DNA of 64,000 nucleotides from Macrostomum hystrix (taxonomy: Eukaryota; Animalia; Platyhelminthes), in NCBI GenBank assembly GCA_950097015.1, contig CATNEN010000038.1:19158001-19222000 (forward strand). Direction: 5' to 3'. Positions 23,388-37,300 of this stretch are shown here, one piece after another (the stretch's first letter is position 1; each line of letters opens with the position of its first letter). The position numbers and the translations under genes were made by a program. Under the pieces are notes generated by a model. The model made no database searches, was not told the DNA's origin, and was given only the letters and a program-made list of their open reading frames with translations.

Positions 23388-25212
23388 ATGGGGAAACTAC
23401 TATCAGCAAGATTGAATTGCAATGCTACAATTTATCTGATGGCACTGATTATGGTATTAATATCAAGCAACACAGTAAAGGCTGCCCCAAAACAATCTGG
23501 TCAGTCTTCATCAAATGAAGTGACACCATTGGAGAAGTCTGTGCAACCATTCTACACACTGACTGAACAATTTCTAGACTTCATACAGCCAGTTGAGAAG
23601 TCTAATGTTATGCCTGAAGTTGTAGCCTCATTGTTAAGTAAGTACACAGTGTAGCAGAAATGGTTTCAATCAATATAACATTTTTTTCAAAGTAAGCTTA
23701 TCTTTATTCATAGCTGGTGTAATTCTGTTTACTATTTGCCACATCCTTTTAGATGGCTCATTCCTTAATGGCAGCCTAGATTGGAAGCAGGTAAAAGTAA
23801 TGTTTTTTAAATGATTGAACTCTATCTATCATTGTGATTGCAGAGAAGAAAACTAAATATGTTAGACAAGAAAATAGTTATATTACATGTAAATATATAA
23901 AACGATTGGGAACATGGGAAATTGAGGACTAATGGTATACATAATAAGAGAATTAGAATATAAAGGGTGATTGGTAGACATTGTTGGAGAATAGTAGAAT
24001 GAAGGCAGATTTTAGACAGTGTGGGAGAATGAAAGCAGATTGGTAGACAGTGGGGGAGATTGAAGGCAGATTGGTAGACAGTGGGAGAATGAAGGCAGAT
24101 TGGTAGGCAGTGGGAGAATGAAGGCAGATTGGTAGGCAGTGGGGGAGAATGAAGGCAGATTGGTAGACAGTGGGAGAATGAAGGCAGATTGGTAGGCAGT
24201 GTGGGAGAATGAAGGCAGATTGGTAGACTGTGGGAGACTAAGAGAATGAAGTAGGATTGGTAGACATTGTGCAAGGATGAGAGAATGATGACATATAGAC
24301 ATAGGTGTAGGAAAAATTTTATACTTCTAAGCACGTTTGCTTCGTAAGATAAGCCATCTTCACATTACGAGTAATAAACAAGGATTCCTTACTATTTCTG
24401 CGATTCCTTCCTTCCTTGTTTTTATTTTCTCTAACGCTAATCATGGGATTATATGCCCCAGTTGGAGGAAAGGTAATGAATAGCTTGGGTTTAATCTTTA
24501 CCTGTCTAGGATTGGGAAGTTTTTTTAGTCAAAGATTTCCTAGCTGGTTTATAGTTATGGCAAGCTGTTATGCCTGCTAAATAAAAGTACCTTATTAATG
24601 CTGAATATATTTACCAGTTCCGAATGCCGCCTACACACAACCTCTAACATATGGTCTTAAATGAAGTTTGTTGAAGTCAAATCTAGTGTGCGAGATTAGC
24701 AATTAGCTAGAGCAGATTAGCATAAGTTGTGTGGGTCCTTGAGCTTCTAGTAACTAGTGATGTTAGCTAGCCAATCAGATATCGATTTTTAGATTCTGCC
24801 AGTCAGTTTTCTACTAGAAAACTTTTAAGCAAGAATCTAATCAACTAATCTACTTGTCTAATCTAGGAATTATTAACAATTCTCAACAACCAATTGGCAG
24901 ACATCGCGTCGCTACGCTACTAGCATGCTTGGTTATGCAATCCTCATTTCAATCGGCGTCCTATTCACCATTGGCTTAATGCTGACTGGTTGCATTGTGT
25001 TCAGCTGCCGCTGCTGCTGCGGCAAATGCGGCGGCCGCCTCAGACCTATGGAGGCCAAGCGGGCCAAATGCCGGCGAATTGTCTATGGCATCCTGCTCAC
25101 ACTGCTCACTACCGTCATGCTGTGAGTACTGCTTATGGTTTGATGGTTTAGTCACTGCCTTTGTCTGTCTGTCTGTCTGTCTGTATGTCTGCCTGCTTGT
25201 CTGTCTGTCTGT

Positions 25213-25274
<62 letters not shown>

Positions 25275-25285
25275 TACTGCTTGCC

Positions 25286-25332
<47 letters not shown>

Positions 25333-28300
25333 GCCTGCTTGTCTGTCTACCTGCCTGCCTGCCTGCCTGTCTGTCTGTCTGCCTGTCTGTCTGTCTGTCT
25401 GTCTGTCTGCCTGCCTGCCTGCTTGTCTGTCTGTCTGTCTGTCTGTCTGCCTGCCTGCCTGGCTGTCTGTCTGTCTGTCTGTCTGTCTGCCTGCCTGCTT
25501 GTCTGTCTGTCTGCCTGCCTGCTTGTCTGTCTGTCTGCCTGCCTGCTTGTCTGTCTGTCTGTCTGTCTACCTGCCTGCTTGTCTGTCTGTCTGTCTCTCT
25601 GCCTGCCTGCTTGTCTGTCTGTCTGTCTGCCTGCCTGCCTGTCTGGCTGTCTGTATGCAATTTCTCCAGTTTTTCTATCTGTTTAATCAAATGTCAGCCG
25701 CTGTTTTACACAAGTCTTCAACCATGTTGTTTAGAAATTAAATTATAACATCAAAATCCATAAATGTAAGTCTTAGCCAACTAGTGGACCCTGCTTATTG
25801 CAACTAAAAACAAATGAGTCTTCGCTCCTATGTATTATTGCGCCATATCATAGCTTTTATCTTGATCTACTTTGACCTCCCCCTTTTGGCTGTCAGCTAG
25901 TCCCAATTTCTTTCCTAGTAGCTTTAGCAGCAACACAATGCACCAGTGCTTGTGAGTTGAGCCTGGAGCAATCTAGCCTATGCTATCCTACGCTCTGGCC
26001 AATTGATTTTACTCTGCTGTCTTTCCCAATTTTCCCACAATTATGTCCCCTAGCTGCTTGGAAGCGGGTGGGTTCTCATTCTAGGCAGAAGGAACTCTGT
26101 CTTTCTCTTTGATCTATGGAATAAGATCTAAGAGGGAAGAAATGTTTTGTGATCTAGAGTGCTGCTGCTGCTACTGCTGTCACTGCTGTGTAATCCATGT
26201 GCCAGCGTTCCCACACGAGTCCGATTGTGTCCAAAATTTATTTTTGTTTTCTTACTTACCTCCAGTCAAATCTCCTATTTCGTTTCACCAATGTTCAACT
26301 GTATCGGTGTTATCTTAACTTCTCTACAGAAAAAGAGATTCTTGCATAATTCTCTCGGCACAATATTGTCATCTGATCTTTTATTACTCATCCCTGATCT
26401 CATCTCCCATCTTATCTCTCATTTGACAATAGTCAATAAATTTGATCGTGTAATCATAACAAACAACAGAGAATAATAAGGTTTTGATTGAAAATAAAAG
26501 AGAGAATGACAGATTAGAAACTGTATGACCATACAAATGACAAATGAGTTAAAAAGAGGACAAATGATATCACAGATCTTATGACAGATACGCTCGTATT
26601 ACTACCTACAATTTTTATCTTCCTCTCCCTTTAATCCCTGTCGTCCTCTCCCTTCATTCTCATCTTCCTCTCCCTTCAATCTTATCTTCCTCTCCCTTCA
26701 TTCTCATATTCCTCTCCCTACAATTTCATTTACATCTCCCTTCAATCTCATCTTCATCTCCCTGCAGAGAACAATCTGTATGATCCTTCATCCTTTCTGA
26801 ATGATATTTTTTACTGGTGCATCTAATGTCTATATAATTTGTAGCTATAGTTCAGGCTATATTCGCAACGTGTTGACTACTTAAGTGCTACTGCAGTGTA
26901 TTCATGGCACAGCATTCACGTCATTAACTTAATTCCTTCATCAGTGCTGGGGCGCACAATGTGTTCCTTCAATTGTATCTTTGGGGAAACATATTTTGTC
27001 GGTTGTTGTGGATCTGGGTGCTTTCAAAGTGCAGTGAAGTGACTAGGGGGCAGAACTGGCCTTGCTAACTATTCTTATATTAGATTAGTAATCATGTGAC
27101 TCTCCGCTGTAGCCCAAAGCGTCTTTCTATACCAGTTAAAGCTTGTGTATGCTGTTTTTTCATGTGCCATAGTATTATTGCATCTATGATCTGGTGCTGT
27201 CTGTGCGCAGTATGCTTTTTATTTTCGCTATCCCACGCTTTATGTCTATATATGACTTTTTTGCGTCTATTAGTACATAGGGTTCGGGTTGAGAAAGGCA
27301 GAGGAGCTTGCTGTTCCCCCGTTGGCGAATCCAAAGAACCCAACCCACAATAGCGGGCATAGAGAAGCATCTGACGAAAGTGTTTAATTCGAGCCCTTCA
27401 GCTGGTCTTCAACACCAGTGTCCGGGAGGAGATGAGGCTATACCGGGTGCGCAAAAAGTATCCGGACACTTGTAAGCGTTGCAGAGAAGGACAGATAAAT
27501 ATGCACGTGTTGGTCCCAATTCCATGAATTTTCACATCGCAACTCAATGCAACAAATTGTCGTAGCTCGTTTTTCAGCAAATTGGCCAATGCAACAGGTC
27601 GGTCTATTTTCACCTGGAAAGGTGATAATGGCTTAATTAAGGGAAGAAGACGTTAATCGCGAAATTTCAAGCTCGTCTTCCATTTAAAAACGTAAAAACG
27701 AATTTGTTCTAAAATGCGAACAAGAGAACCGTAACGCGGGCATTGAACAACAAAAGTGTAACTTAATTAAAAAAAGCGGTCGCTTTTTCTAACAAAGTTC
27801 AAGATCGTCAGACTTCCTCGAATCAATCACCTGGCCCACTTGCTGCTATGTGCTGCTCAAATGGTTCCAACAAGCGGCTCTGCATGCCAGACTCGATTTA
27901 TTCCATGATTGGAGAAACTCCTTGGTCAATCACCTTCTCAAGACACTCATTCCGGAAGTCAAGTCGGTAGCGACACGCTTCTTGAGAATCTTGTCGCTTC
28001 TTCTTAAAATTCTATTCGGTTTACTATTCGACGCAATACTTAGACTCGATTATACACCTAAGCAGTTGTCCGTCGCTTTAGTAACCCCGATTTATAAAAT
28101 GGACCCAGAAACGACACCAAAAGCTATAGGCCCATCAGTGTGCTACCTGCGATAGCACGTTTGTTCGCATCAATTATCTACGGTAAACTCGATGACCATA
28201 TTACAAGGTTTAACTTATTGTCTTATAATCAAATCGGAAGCAAAAAATGTCGTAGAACTTCGGACCACATTGCCACAGTGCTCACACTGATTCAGGGCAA

Positions 28301-31300
28301 AAACGAAGGAAAAGCGTTTTCATCTAGTATTCGATCTTAAAAGTGCCTTTGATATGGTTAACCACTCGACCTTGATCAAACGACGAAAAGATCTTTTCGT
28401 CAACACGTCAATCATTAATATAATTCAGAGCATTTTCACAGAAGGAAAGTTTCACATAAAGACACCGGAAAGTACAGCAACAAAGGCCCGTCCAATCACA
28501 AATGGCGTGAGACAAAGTTGTCCCTTGTCGCCGCTACAATGTTCCCTATACATTGACCCATTGAGTGCTATATTAAAGGAGTCATTCTACAGCAACACCA
28601 ATATAATGAATCAACAATCTACTATATTGTGATGACCTATAGTTATTTTCAGCGAAGATCTAACAGAACTACAAAAGGGTCTTGACAAAGTAGCAGATTT
28701 TTGCTTAGAAAATAAACTTGAAATAAATATTCAGAAAAGAATGCTTTTACAGTGTAACTCTCCACCAATTAGGGTGAATAATTTTATATTGCAAGGTCGA
28801 CTGGTAGAACCAGTTCAAGATTGGGTGCAAATTCTGCAAAGCTCAGCCATTTCTACTGCAGTTTCAAAAGAGATTTCGGCCGTGAAAAATTATCTGTCAA
28901 ATGTTTCAAACGCGGAACACAGGCTCATACTGTCAAATTTTCGTTTAGGAAATCACAGACTGGCCTGCGAAACGATGCGTTCTGTTCGCCCGAAAATTCC
29001 TTGTGAAAACTGAACTTGCCCATACTGCAAAGTCGGGGTCGAAAATGAAGTACATTTTCTTTTCCGGTGCAACTGGGATCCAATAAGGCTGTCAGGGATA
29101 ATTTCGTTGGAGACATTTCATCCGTAGTAAAGAACTTTCGTAGTCTCACAGCAGAAGACAAAAGCTGTTTTTCAATGGTGCAAGAAAATACATAGGTAAC
29201 AGGAAAGCTAGCAAAGTACACAGAAAACTTTACGGAGATTGCGAGACTGAGTATAAGACGGAGTAAATATATTTATAGTTTATAGTTAATATTGCTTAAC
29301 AATATCACGCTATGGCAATAATATGCGCCAAGCTCGCGTATCATATCGTTTTTTTTCTTCCGTTTATTCACTACCAATATGAGTCATTTCGATCCGTCCT
29401 ATTTGAGGTTGATTTTTTACCTCACTATTATTACTATTGTTATATTCGTATAATAGTTTACGTAATTGCTAAATTTGCTAAATATAAAAAATCTGCCCTT
29501 TTAATGCGAGCGCAAAAATGCGTTTTTATCCCGTCTGAAAGATCTGCTGTCAAATATCCCATTCTAGTTTTTATCCCGTCTGAAAGATCTGCTGTCAAAT
29601 ATCCCAGTCTAGTTTTTATCCCGTCTGAAAGATCTGTCAAATATCCCATTCTAGTTTTTATCCCGTCTGAAAGATCTGTCCAATATCCCATTCTAGTTTT
29701 TATCCCGTCTGAAAGATCTGCTGTCCAATATCCCATTCTAGTTTTTATCCCGTCTGAAAGATCTGCTGTCCAATATCCCATTCTAGTTTTTATCCCGTCT
29801 GAAAGATCTGCTGTCCAATATCCCATTCTATAATATCCCATTATAGTTTTTATCCCGTCTGAAAGATCTGCTGTCAAATATCCCAGTCTAGTTTTTATCC
29901 CGTCTGAAAGATCTGTCAAATATCCCATTCTAGTTTTTATCCCGTCTGAAAGATCTGTCCAATATCCCATTCTAGTTTTTATCCCGTCTGAAAGATCTGT
30001 CCAATATCCCATTCTAGTTTTTATCCCGTCTGAAAGATCTGTCCAATATCCCATTCTAGTTTTTATCCCGTCTGAAAGATCTGTCCAATATTCCATTCTA
30101 GTTTTTATCCCGTCTGAAAGATCTGTCCAATATCCCAGTCTAGTTTTTATCCCGTCTGAAAGATCTGTCCAATATCCCATTCTAGTTTTTATCCCGTCTG
30201 AAAGATCTGTCCAATATCCCATTCTAGTTTTTATCCCGTCTGAAAGATCTGTCCAATATCCCATTCTAGTTTTTACCCCCCATCTGAAAGATCTGTCCAA
30301 TATCCCATTCTAGTTTTTATCCCGTCTGAAAGATCTGCTGTCCAATATCCCATTCTAGTTTTTATCCCGTCTGAAAGATCTGCTGTCAAATATCCCATTT
30401 TAGTTTTTATCCCAACTAAAAGGTCTGCTCTTAAGTGTCTCATTCTAGTTTTAATCTCATACCAAGTTTGTGGTCTCATTATCCCGTTCTACTGCTACTA
30501 CTTCCCATCCCCAGCTGCGGCCTAGTCCTGGCTTTCATCTCCAACCAGCTGGCGCACAACTCCCTCGACCATAATCGCCCTGACTCGGCGCCTCGTCGTT
30601 TCGCCCTTGGATTGGCCGGCGCAGCCGATGAACTTGACGCTGTGCCGCGCCGGGCGCGCAACGCCAGCGCCGCGGTTGTGTCCCAGACAGTCGCCAGCCT
30701 CAGTCCAAGTGTTCGCCAGGCCCTGTTGGCTATGCGCTCACATATTGTGAGTCAGTCTGGTCTAGGGAATCAACTGGAGCGCGCTCGAGAGGCTCTAGAC
30801 AAGGTGAGCGAGATTAGATAAACTTAGTACCTTTATAAATCATCTTGCATGTTTCTCTCCCTTCATTCTCATATTCCTCTCCCTTCATTCTCATCTTCTT
30901 CTCCCTTCAATCTCATCATCCTCTCCCTTCATTCTCATCTTCCTCTCCCTTCATTCTCATATTCCTCTCCCTTCAATCTCATCGTCCTCTCCCTTCAATC
31001 TCATCATCCTCTCCCTTCAATCTCATCTTCCTCTCCCTTCGATCTCATCTTCCTCTCCTTTCAATCTCATCGTCCTCTCCCTTCAATCTCATCATCCTCT
31101 CCCTTCAATCTCATCTTCCTCTCCCTTCAATCTCATATTCTTCTCCCTTCGATCTCATCTTCCTCTCCCTTCATTCTCATCTTCCTCTCCCTTCGATCTT
31201 ATCTTCCTCTCCCTTCAATCTCATCATCCTCTCCCTTCGATCTCATCTTCCTCTCCCTTCGATCTCATCTTCCTCTCCCTTCGATCTCATCTTCTTCTCC

Positions 31301-34300
31301 CTTCGATCTCATCTTCCTCTCCCTTCAATCTTATCTTCCTCTCCCTTAGATCTTATCTTCCTCTCCCTTCAATCTCATCTTCCTCTCCCTTCATTCTCAT
31401 CTTCCTCTCCTTCGATCTTATCTTCCTCTCCCTTCAATCTCATCTTCCTCTCCCTTCATTCTCATCTTCCTCTCCTTCGATCTCATCTTCCTCTCCCTTC
31501 GATCTCATCTTCCTCTCCCTTCATTCTCATCTTCCTCTCCCTTCGATCTTATCTTCCTCTCCCTTCAATCTCTACGCAGCTTTATTTTTTCCGAAAGATA
31601 TTTTTCTGAAGCAAATAATGACCATATATATAGTGCAGCTTTATTATTATGAGTGCAATAGTACAACAGTACCACTAGGTCCTACTGTAGTGTGTGTTTA
31701 TGCGTGGCACAGCCTGCACGCAATTAACTTGTTTCCTCAGTGTAGGGGCGCAAATTTAGTTTCTTTACTTTTTACGAGTATATAAGAAATGCATTTTATG
31801 AGATGTTGTGTGTCTGGGTGCTTTAAAAGTGCACTGAAGTGATTCGGGTTGGTGGGGTAGAACTCGCCTCCGCTAAAGATTGTTATACACAAAAGTTCTA
31901 TGAACAGAAAATGTTAGCTTTATAATTAGCAGAGCGGCTTAGCCAAGGTCCCTGAGCTCGATTCCGCGCCGACGCCAGATTAAGTTGGGGCGCAGCCGCG
32001 TATTGAAGGCTTGGTGGCTTGTCGTGCAATTTATAGTGAGAAAGTCAGGGCAGATCTACACACCTGTGCGAGTGTGTGCTCAGGAGTCAGTGGAATAGGC
32101 AGATTAGCATCATCGCGTTATTTTTTTCAAATTACGTTTTGCAATTTTTCTATCCATTACTCGTTAACGTTACTTTAGATAACGGAAGTTCGCCGATTGG
32201 CTGGTCGGCTCAGCCAATCATCTGGCTGGTCGGACATTGCCGATTCGTGGTCTCGCTTGAACGCAACGCTGTCCGACCTGATAGCCAGCTTGCCCCGGTC
32301 CGCCGAGGCGCCAGATTGTCCGTCGGCAGCCAGATCGGCCTGTCAGTGGCTGCTGGACAGGCGGGCCAATCTGCGAGTTAGCCAGCCGCTGCCCGGCTAC
32401 GAAAGAAATCTGGGCCAGTGCCGATTCGATCTGCCGGGCGAGCTGACTAACCCGGAGCTGGATGCTGACGGGCCGATTAGCCGGCTGCTGACTACGGAAC
32501 CAGCCGGCCTAGTCACTGCCGCCATGGTCGCATTGGAGAGGTGAGCTTGCTGTGCTTGCGGGAGGGCTGCTGGGACTGGCATTGTTGAGTGACAGTAGAC
32601 CCACTACCAGCGAGCAGGCAATTATGCCCATTTCGCTGACTCTTAAGCACACACTCACACAGGGGCGTGTAAATCTGCTCTGACTTTCTCATCGTGAGGC
32701 TGTGTACTTTAGAGGTTGGTCTTCAAGCCAGTTAATTGTGCGACAAGCCCCCAAGCCTTCTTTCCGCGGCTGCGCCCCATATAAATGTGGCCTCGCTGCG
32801 GAATCGAGCTCAGGGACCTTGGTGCGAGAGACAAACGTGTTAACCGCTCTGCCACCCTTATCTATATTCTTATTAAAATTAATCAATAAAACATAAAATT
32901 ATTATGCTTAACGTGTTGCTAAGTTATTTGTAAGATTGTCATTAACTTTTTTGTCCTTTTTAAGACCTTTTGTCCTTTTTATTCATTCTATCTACTTTAA
33001 GTAGTAACACGTGACCAATGCATTTAAAATATGTCAGGGAGCTGGACTTGGCCAAATCAGAGCTGAACAACAGCGCCAAACTGCAGAAGATCTGGTCGGC
33101 CGCCGAATCAGCCGCAGCCAACGCCAGCGCCTATTTGAGACGCGCCGCAGACACCGTTGACGCCAAGATAATTAATCCGACTAATAACAATGAGCAGACT
33201 GTGGCAGCCGTTGTGACTTCGTTTGATCGCTTCCGCTTCTATCTGTGCATCGGACTGGCTTGCCTAGCCGTGCTGGTGGTGGCATTCTATTATTTCGGCC
33301 TGGCGTTCGGCTTCTGCGGCGAGCCGCCCTACGAAGACTCGCGCTGCTGCAACAAAGGCGTCGGCGCCAACATGCTGCTGACTGGCACCGGCTTCGCCTT
33401 CCTGTTCGGCTGGCTCATCACGATCTTCGTCATGGCCTTCTTCGTCACCGGGGCAGTGCTTGGTGAGACTTTGCAGACTGGAATGGATTGCTAATCTATT
33501 CCCAATGGATGAAGGAATAGAATGGATTGCTAATCAATTCCCAATGGATGAAGGAATAGAATGGATTGCTAATCAATTCCCAATGGATGACGGAATAAAA
33601 TGGATTGCTAATCTATCCCTATGGATGACGGAATAGAATGGATTGCTAATCTATCCCTATGGATGACGGAATAGAATGGATTGCTAATCTATCCCAATGG
33701 ATGATGGAATAAAATGGATTTCTAATCTATCCCTATGGATGATGGAATAGAGTGGATTGCTAATCTATCCCTATGGATGACGGAATAGAATGGATTGCTA
33801 ATCTATCCCTATGGATGACGGAATAGAATGGATTGCTAATCTATCCCTATGGATGACGGAATTGAATGGATTGCTAATCTATCCCTATGGATGACGGAAT
33901 AGAATGGATTGCTAGCCTAACCCACTGGCTGGTCAGTTCCAGTATTAAGCAACTAGACTGACCTGATCCCAGACACTGAGGTGTGCCGCCACCTGACTGG
34001 CCGCGCCGGAGCCGCCGGCTACAAGGCGATGGACGACGCTTTCAACGAGCTGCTACCGCCTGACGAGGGCGTCTCACGCTACACCGGCCGGCGCCTATTC
34101 AGCGGCCTCTTTGGCGACTGCGCTGACGCCGCCGCAGCCGGCCGAACCGCCAGCTTCGCTTCGGCTCTAAACCTGTCCGAACTGGTTCGGGCCAGCCACC
34201 TGGAGAATCAAACCAATTGGCTAGTTAGGGAGGCCATCTCTGCCCTGCAAACAAGATGGCGTCACGTCGCTGACACAGGCTTTACAAAGCCCGACTCGCT

Positions 34301-37300
34301 TGTCGCCAACGTCAGCGCCCTGGCTGCGGCTGTTGACCGAGCCGGCAGCAGGCCCGGCTTCGACGCTGCAGCTTGCGCGGCCGCCATGGACCGCGGACCG
34401 CTCAGCGATAGTCTGAATGCTCGGGAACTTATTGGGGCTGTTAAACAGGTGAGAAATTTGAATATTGATCTGCGTGGACATTTTTTACAGATCTACAGGG
34501 CCATTGTTCATACATCTATAGAGAAATTATTATAGACCTGCAAGTAAATAGTTCATAGATCTATTGTTATGTATTTAAAGTAGTTTTTATTGATAGTGTG
34601 TGGTCTATGGTTTCATATAAAGATTGATATTTTTACAACTCTACTACAAGTAGTCTAAAGTGTGTAGTATTTAATAAGCGAACATTTCGTGTAGCTCTCT
34701 GACGCCCTGTCGGCTGATCCGGCTGCCGACGCCGCCGTCCGGGCTAGCTGGACAGCCTTAACAAGCCGGTTGGCTTCGGCCATCGATGCCGCCGTCGATT
34801 CTATCGCCGACAAGCGAGACTCTGCCCGCGGTCTGTCCCGCGCCCTTTCGGCCGTCTATTTGGCCGGCATGAACATCAGCGATCAGCTGAGAGCGGCGTC
34901 CACCATTGCCGTGACTGATGTGCGCCTACTAAACTCTAGTCTATCGGTTGCTAGGGCCAATTTAACAGCCGGCCTAGGCGGCGTCATTAGAAACGCAATT
35001 GGCGGTGTTTTAGACTCGGCCGCCGATTGCGCCGTCCTGGGCAGCCGACTGCGCGAAGCTGTTCGGGCGCCATGCGTTCAACTGCTGCAGCCAATGAATG
35101 GCTATTGGGCCGGCCTGGGCCTATTCCTGCTCTGCCTCCTGCCTGCCATTGTGCTAGCCTGCAAACTGGCTAATCTCTATCGCAAGACTAGCAACTATCA
35201 GAAGGATTATCAGGAGCCGTGAGTTATATTTCTTGTCGCACGTTTTTGGTTTTAAACATTATTTATTGCCTTGTTAGGTTACTATGTTTTATTTATCGCA
35301 GTTTCATCTTTTTTGTTTTTTCGCTTCTGTTTTATCCGAAGAAGAGAAAACAATTTTATCTCTTCTTTTTATCCCTTACCCGCCTGGCTGAGGTAATCCG
35401 GTTTTTATCCGGCTTCGTCCGGTTTCATCCGTTTTTAGGGGGTTTTCCGGATAAAGGTTGGATCTAGCAGGTTTTCGTCCGGATTTCATCCGGTTGGCAC
35501 TTACGGACGAAAGTCCGGATGAAACTTCGGATGATGGACCGGGTAAAAACCGGATTACCACAGCCAGGCGGGTATCTACCTGTCTATTAGTTTTCTTTTT
35601 TACCCTCAGGTTCTTTATTACCTATCTACCTTCTCTATTCCCTATCTACCTTCTCTATTCCCTATCTACCTTCTCTGTTCCCTATCTACCTTCTCTGTTC
35701 CCTATCTACCTTCTCTGTTCCCTATCTACCTTCTCTGTTCCCTATCTACCTTCTCTATTCCCTATCTACCTTCTCTATTCCCTATCTACCTTCTCTGTTC
35801 CCTATCTACCTTCTCTGTTCCCTATCTACCTTCTCTATTCCCTATCTACCTTCTCTGTTCCCTATCTACCCTAATCTAATCTATCCACTAATATATCCTC
35901 CACTTCTCTGTTCCCTATCTACCTTCTCTATTCCCTATCTACCTTCTCTATTCCCTATCTACCTTCTCTATTCCCTATCTACCTTTTCTATTCCCTTAAG
36001 TCTCTTTTCTTTATCTAAATTCTTTATTCCCAATCTCCATTTTTTTCCTATTCCTTTCTGTCTCAATCCTCTATCTGCCTGTCTAGTCTATTTTATTGCC
36101 AGTTTAAGATCCTAAAATAAACGCGCGCCCACTAATTTTGGCCAGCGACTACATGGCTTATCAGGGATTTTATCCCAGCGACACTGTTCCATTGGACGGG
36201 TAAGATGGCAGAATGAGTGCATAAGGAAGATAAACAGAATTGTATGTGGATGTTTCTTTTGAAAACTTTATTTGTTGTTCAAAACACTTATATTAATGAA
36301 TTTCATATTTTCCTACCGCCTTTATCTTTGGTTGCTACTGCAAGTACTAGTGCATGCACACTTTGTGTCGTCCCCAAATATTATTCTTTCTGTTTATACC
36401 TATATATTTTCCTAAATGGACAAAATTGTAATGATACTGTATAGACTAAACGTTTGACGCAATTCTTGCATATCCGATTCGAACATATTAAATAATCGTC
36501 TATGGGTGGAACTATAGCGGCAACTAAATCGTATTATCCTCCACTTGAATTCGTTGTCTATGTCCAAGACTCATTCATCAGCCTTTCTAGGCCATAGACT
36601 ACGATTTCAACTTGGGCTTATGAAAATTTATTTTAATGTTGGCCTTTTTAAGCTAGATTAAATTAATTGACCCGTAGTCAAATTTAATTGTTTGCACTTT
36701 CTGGCGAGTTTCTCCTCCTTACCAAAGCACTTTAATCGCTTTTTGGTTGCTTGTAGTTTATCAGCCTCTCGCTCGAGAGAACAGTGGCTTAAGTAGTTTT
36801 ATGTTACATATTATGAAAACTTTTTGTTTAACTAGAAGCTTAGCATGTCGCGGCATGGCATTCGGTGTTTCTGTCAGGTTTCCGTTTTATTTTAAATAAA
36901 TCCGAATGTACGAATGTAATGTCGTATATTATTGCCTGTGTATTCCACCATTTTTCTTCTGCAGCTTAAAAAATCGTAACGTAATTTAAAACGGACGCAC
37001 TTCTACTATGAGTAGTAAAAAATGAAAAACTCAACGCGCTATGCAATCGTTTTTTTCTCGTTTTTGCAGTCAAGGCAAGCCGAAGAGACGCAAGCCGTCT
37101 GGCTCCAAAGGTATTATTAATAATAGTTTGACTTATGGCTTTGATTATTATGTATCTTTGTTGTGCTGCTAGTTTGTTTGGTCAAATTAACTTTCTCACT
37201 AGTTTCTATCTTAACTGTTTGCATGTTCTTTAACTGATAATTTATTGCTATATCTGTCTGTTTATATATATATATATGATTCAGTTTACCCAGCCGTAAA

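Noticed and set aside
27289-27360. Possible HDV-like ribozyme upstream of the LINE remnant
   Set aside because: The L3-like TCCCCCGT is present but the GG for P1.1 and a P2 closure are missing.
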